DNA of 64,000 bases from NCBI RefSeq assembly GCF_009914755.1, contig NC_060931.1. One strand, written 5' to 3'. This document shows, piece by piece, positions 58,452-64,000 of the stretch. The translations under genes were made by a program, and so were the position numbers. The stretch is from the human T2T-CHM13v2.0 reference genome, Homo sapiens. The notes beneath the pieces are model-generated. The model did no database searches, was not told where the DNA came from, and was given only the letters and a program-made list of their open reading frames with translations. Within the stretch, counting starts at the first letter, position 1; each line of letters begins with the position of its first letter.

Positions 58452-60843
58452 CTTTTTAAAAATTTCAACTTTTATTTTAGATTCAGGTTTGTTACATGGG
58501 TATATTGGGTGATGCTGAGGTTTGGCCAGGTAATGAGCATAGAATCTAGTAGTTAGTTTTCCAGCCCGCTACCCTACTTCTCCCAGTAGTCTCCAGTATT
58601 TATTGTTCTTGTCTACATGCCAACGTTTGGCTCCCACTTATGAGTGAGAACACATGGTGTTTGTTTTTCTGTTCCTGTGCTAATTTTCCTGGGATAATGG
58701 TCTCCAGCTGCATCCATGTTGCTGCAAAGAACATGATTTTTTTTATGGCTGCATAGTATTCCATGGTATACATACACCTAATTTTCTTTACCCAATCCAC
58801 CATTAATGGGCACCTAACTTGATTCCATGTCTTTGTGTTTGTGAATAGTGCTTCAATGAGCATACTAGGGCATGTCTTTCTTTGGTGGAATAATTTATTT
58901 TCCTTTGGATATATAACCAGTAAAAGAATTGCTGGGTTGAATGGTGGTACCCTTTTAAGTTCTTTGAGAAATCTCCAAAATACTTTTCACAGAGGCTGAA
59001 CTAATTTACATTCCCAGCAACCTTGTATAAGTGCTCCCTTTTCTCCACAGCCTCCTCATCATGTTATTTTTTGACATTTTAGTAATAGCCATTCTGACTG
59101 GCGTGAGATGGTATCTCATTATGGTTTTGATTTGCATTTCTCTAATGATTAGTAATGTTGAGAACTTTTTCATATAATTCTTGGCTGCATGTATGTCTTC
59201 TTTTGAGAAGTGTCTGTTCATGTTCTTTGCCAAGTTTTTAATGAGGTTGTTTTATGCTTGTTACTTATAGATTCTGGATATTAGACTTTTGTTGGATGTA
59301 TGCTTTGCAATTATTTTCTCCCATGCTGTAGGTTTTGTGTTTACTCTGTTGATTGTTTCTTTAGTTTTGTAGAAGCTCTTTAGTTTAATTAAGTCCCATT
59401 TGTCAATTGTTGGTTTTATTGTGATTACTTTTGAAGACTTAGCCATAAATTATCTGCAAAGGCTGATGTCTGGAATATTGTTTCCTTGGTTTTCTTCTAG
59501 TAGTTTTATAGTTTGAGGTCTTACATTTAAATCTTTAATCAATATTGAGAAAATTTTAATATATGGTGAAATGTAGGGTTCCAGTTTGGTTCTTCTGCAT
59601 ATGGTTAGAAAACTATCCCAGCACCATTTATTGAATAGGGAGTCTTTCCTCATTGCTTATTTTTGTCTACTTTGTTGAAGATTAGATGGTTTTAGGCCTG
59701 TGGCTTTATTTCTAGGTTCTCTATTCTCTTCCATTGGTCTGTATGTCTATTTTTATATTATTACCATCTTTTTTATAGTAACCTTATAGTGTAGTTTGAA
59801 ATCAGATAGCGTGATACTTCTGGATTTGTTCTTTTTGTTTAGGGTTGCTTTGGCTTTTCGGGCTCTTTTTCAGTTTCATATGAATTTTAGAACAGTTTTT
59901 TTTTTAAATCTGTGAAAAATGGCATTGGTTGTTTAATTAGAATAAAATTGAATATGCAGATTCCTTTGGGGGCAGAATGGTGATTTCAATGATATCGATG
60001 CTTCCAATCCATGAGCATGGAATGTTTTTCGATTTGTATGTGTCACCTATGCATTCTTTCAGCAGTATTTTGTAGTTCTTCTTGTAGAGATCTTTTGTCT
60101 TCTTCATTAGATGGATTCCTAGGTGGTTTTTTTTTTTTTTGGCTATTGTTAATGGGTTTGTATTCTTGATTTGGCTGTGAGCTTGAATATTATTGGTGTA
60201 TAGAAATCCTACTGCTTTTTATACATTGATTTTGTATCCTAAAACATAACCGACGTCATTTTTCAGTTCTTGGAGCCTTTTGGTGGGGACATTATGGTTT
60301 GCTAGATATATAATCACATCATCAGCAAAGATAAATAATTTGACTTCTTCTTTTCCTATTTAAATTCATTTTATTCCTATATTTTGCCTGACTGCACTGG
60401 CTAAGACTTCCATTATTATGTTGAATAATGAGTGGTGATAGTGGGCATCCTTGTCTTGTTCCTGTTCTTAAGGAAAATGCTTCCAGCTTTTGCCCATTAG
60501 TATGAGGTTGGTTGTGGCTTTGTCAGAGATGGCTGTTATTATTTTGAGGTATGTCCTTTGATGCCTAGTTCATTGAGGGTTTTTATCGAGAAAGGAGACT
60601 ACATTTTATCAAAAACTCTTTCTGCATCTATTGAAATGATCATAAGGTTTCTGTTTTTAATTTTGTTTATGTAGTGAATCATAATTATTGATTTGCACAT
60701 GTTGACCTAGGCTTGCACCCCAGGAATACAGCCTACTTGATTGTGGTGAATTAACTTTTTGATGTGCTGCCAGATATGGTTTGCTAGTATTTTGCTGAGG
60801 AGTTTTGCATCTATGTTAATTCAGGATATTGTCCTATAGCTTC
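58452..60843 (-). mobile_element. 5'-truncated L1PA15/16-like element (~2.4 kb)
   Basis: Minus-strand peptides [23 protein letters not shown] and [20 protein letters not shown]. 3'UTR at 58452-58650. Confidence 0.92.
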
Positions 60844-61158
60844 TCGTTAAGTGTTAAGATTTTCTAAATTTTCACCATGTTTACCATTCTTCCCTAAATA
60901 GGCTACTATCAGTCTGTTGTCACAAGATGTTTTATAAGGAAATAAAATCATGTTATGAGCAAAGGGATTCAGATATGAAATGCAAGGCCAATAACTGAAG
61001 AAGTTATAAAATAAGAGTTTACCCATTTTCAATTTTTTGGCCTAGTCACATCAAAGGGAAGGATTCTAGGACAAGGTTCGTTAATAGTTTGTTTTTTTAG
61101 CCAGTTCATCTCTACTGGGACCCTCTAACATCCATACTATATTTTATATTATTTCCTT

Positions 61159-61187
61159 TGTGTATGTGTGTGTGTGTGTGTGTGTGT
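61159..61187. repeat. (TG)n microsatellite
   Basis: Directly visible. Confidence 0.9.
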
Positions 61188-62641
61188 TCACCTTAACATA
61201 GAAAATCACCGTAACATAGAAAATCTTTAGGGGATGAGAGCTGGGAAGGTAGAGAATGCTATCTAACCCTCTCACCGTCCTCAACAAATTGTGTCTACTC
61301 TAGTTTTCCTAAGGTAAACAGATTTGGGGACTTTAAAGACAGGAAGAGTTTCCCTAATTTCTCTGCAATTATGCTATTATATCTCTTTTCTGAGACTACG
61401 GAAGCATAATGGCTGAGCAATAGGCTAAGGTAGGAGCAAATGAAGTGAAGAGGGAATAAGAGCTTTATTTAAGTTTCAAGCCCATTATTCTGTTACATAT
61501 ATCTTTCTTTTCTAGTAGTGCTTTTCATATAAAAGGTCCTCATTAAACATTTGGTGAGTGAATGAGTGACCTGGAATGAACAGTGCCTGTACATAAAGTC
61601 TGAGGTGACCAGGACACCTTCCAATTTCAGAAACTACTATTAGGCAGCTGTGACCCTTGAAAGACTGTGGCTTCAGCTGGAGCTCATATAAATTCAGCAT
61701 GTTAAAGAATATTAAACTTTTGTTGTTGAATATTCAAAAGTATAGCAAGTTGTTAGAAATGGCCTGAAATTTATTTTTGTTTATAAAAGTGTTCCCAGCT
61801 TTAAAATGAGCTGTTCCCAAAATTAGTGGGGCAATTTTGGTGAGATTATATTCATGAGGCCTTACACAGAACTGGGAATGAATATGAAAAAAAGCTGAAA
61901 GGACTATTTATGTATGGGAAAGTTATAAAGGAGTATGTCTGGATGAGTAAAAGTCTACTTAAAGGATTGCACCACAGCTTGTGCCTGACAACTTTGGAGA
62001 CATGATTGAGGGATTAAAGTAGAACAAAGTATTTGATAAAAAGTTGCTCTGTTAGTCAGGAGGGCACACACAGGAATGCTTTGATGGCCATATGTCAATG
62101 TGTGAATCTGAATTGGAAGGGACAATTTTTCCTATACATCTGCAAGGCACAGCATTGTCATGGTGTTTTGGTGCAAAGACTCTAGGGGATTCATTATCAG
62201 GACTGATATCGTGAACATTTTGTGAGAGCTGCCAGTACAGAAGCACCAGCAGCAATAGCAGTGATGGAGAACCTGGAAGAGACATCATAGGCCATGAGCA
62301 TTAGTAATATTAAGAGCAGGTAAAGAAGAGCATCAGGACATCAGGTGAGAGAATGCTCAAAGTACCAGTCAAATTGAGTGTGATGTGTCTGGGAAGCTAC
62401 TAAGTGAAGGAGAGTTGTTCTTTATAATGCTGGAAGTATGTCAATAGCATGTAACATCTTAAACCACACAAAGAGGCTCACAGTGCAGCCCCATTTGTGC
62501 CCAGTATTGTCTGAATTGATGAAACAGAGTTTTCATGATTAATTCGTACATATTTGCTTGGTTTTCAAAAGATTCTTACAATCACTATCTTGGAAGAGTT
62601 AATTTAATAATATGCCCTCAGCCCAGGAGGACTCTTGGTAT

Positions 62642-62686
62642 GATACAGTTACCTGAGATACAGTTAACTGAGATACAGTTACCAGA
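62642..62686 (+). repeat. Three tandem copies of a 15-bp unit GATACAGTTA(C/A)C(T/A)GA
   Basis: Units at 62642, 62657 and 62672. The third overlaps the left end of MER53. Confidence 0.9.
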
Positions 62687-62857
62687 TTAGAAAAGAAAAG
62701 TGCAGGACACTCATTTAAAACTGAATTTCAGATAAACAGCAATTTTTTTAGTGTAATATTGTTCCAAATAATACCTGGAACATACTTATATGAAAAAATG
62801 TTGTTTATTAACAATTTAAATTCAACTGGATGTTCTATCTTTCATCTAGTAACCCTA
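62674..62857. mobile_element. MER53 palindromic hAT MITE
   Basis: GTTACCAGATT...CAGGACAC...TGAATTTCAGATAAACA...ACATACTTATA...TTGTTTAT...AACTGGATGTTCT...ATCTAGTAACCCTA. Confidence 0.85.
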
Positions 62858-63752
62858 CACTGGACCTGTTGCATCAGTAACCTCCATCTGCCAGGTGGCC
62901 ATCACTTCTTATTTCTTTACAAAGGTGGAGGCGTGGTGAGGTTCTGCATCATATAAGATTGCACTTGACTCTGACTCTGCAGCTGCTCTGCTTGCTTCCT
63001 CATTGGTGTCCCCTGCTCCTGGGTGAGGCACTTCACTGTTCATGGCCTTCTGTCTGCGTGGGAGTGGAGCATGTTCCTGATTTGGTTTCTGCAGTCAGCA
63101 CATCATCATCGATTTCCCTCGTGGTCTTCTGTGCTTCTTTCTCTCCCATTTCAATAGAGATTCCTTTCTCTAGTCACCTCTTTTAGAAGAATATACTTTA
63201 GAAAAAACTGTTTTCATTTTGTACCATACAACTATCTCCTTTCCAGGAGTAGGTGTGTAGATGGTATGCAGTAGGTGTGTAGTGATAGGTTGAAGGAACA
63301 TTCAGGCACAATTAATAAAATACTGAGAAGCATTGTTTTCTACAGAAACTATACCCTAGCTCCAAGTTTCCCCACTATGTGGAGCTCCTTCCTTCTTTGT
63401 GATAATTTTTGAGTCAAAGAGTCAACTGCCTTTCTATGAAACACATTCCCATGAGTTATTCCTGATCTCAGGTTCTTCGGATGTTTGTGTAACTATGTCT
63501 GCAGTCCTATTTTGACTGAAATCAAGTTCTCTTCCTTGGGATTTCTGGACCTAAGGGAATAAGAAAATACAGTGAAACATTTGTTTTCCTATTCCTACAT
63601 GAAAATTAAGAAGGCTGTTTTTTTCCTTTTGTTTGTTTCTGGATTTTTGTTTTGTTTTGTGTGGTTGGTTTTGCCTTATTTGATATTATATAGAAGACAC
63701 AGAGAAAGTCAGGCTTGTCTCATCCATCTGTTTTAATTGGGTATTTTGAGTA

Positions 63753-63865
63753 TCAGCCCTAGCCCAGATGAAACACTTTATTGGACTTTCTAGTTAAATG
63801 CTTTCTATCTCAGCCCTAGCACAGATAAAAAATTGTATTGCATTTTCTAGTTAAATACTTTCCAT
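63753..63865 (+). repeat. Two tandem copies of a 57-bp unit
   Basis: TCAGCCCTAGC.CAGAT.AAA...TATTG...TTTCTAGTTAAAT.CTTTC.AT at 63753 and 63810. Confidence 0.85.
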
Positions 63866-64000
63866 GTAAAGTGGATTTTTTATTCATTTGCATGTATATT
63901 CTTTCATCTTTGAAGAATAAACATATATGAGTTTTATCACTTCTTTTTCAAAGAAGAAAGGATTTATGTTTGGTAATATGTAAGATATGAGAAACATCAA

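Noticed and set aside
62642-62686. CRISPR-like repeat array
   Set aside because: The 15-bp units are contiguous with no spacers, the DNA is eukaryotic and there are no cas genes.

Overview
AT-rich primate (human-like) nuclear DNA, intergenic or deep intronic. Most of it is fossil transposable elements: L1s of several ages (one near-full-length L1MA with two younger L1s nested inside), about a dozen Alus, MIR/L2/CR1 fragments, solo LTRs (MLT1, MLT2, THE1, LTR40, MER9/HERV-K HML-3 and an ERV1-type LTR) and DNA-transposon relics (MER1B, MER33, MER44, MER53, Zaphod/MER115). I cannot support any host protein-coding exon, intact RNA gene, CRISPR array or operon-like system. The ORF track is repeat-derived or spurious, and its only protein-like pieces are decayed L1, CR1 and Tigger fragments. 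I found no new biological system. The most notable items are DNA-repair or replication scars: two local templated duplications (each about 94-95% identical to a donor 0.85 kb or 2.4 kb downstream), a tail-to-tail L1 deletion junction with a snap-back inverted filler, and a tandem double hairpin overwriting an L1 3'UTR. There is also a tailless U2 snRNA retrocopy with target-site duplications (TSDs) and a candidate CTCF site in unique sequence. Repeat subfamily names come from my recall of consensus sequences and need RepeatMasker/Dfam confirmation.
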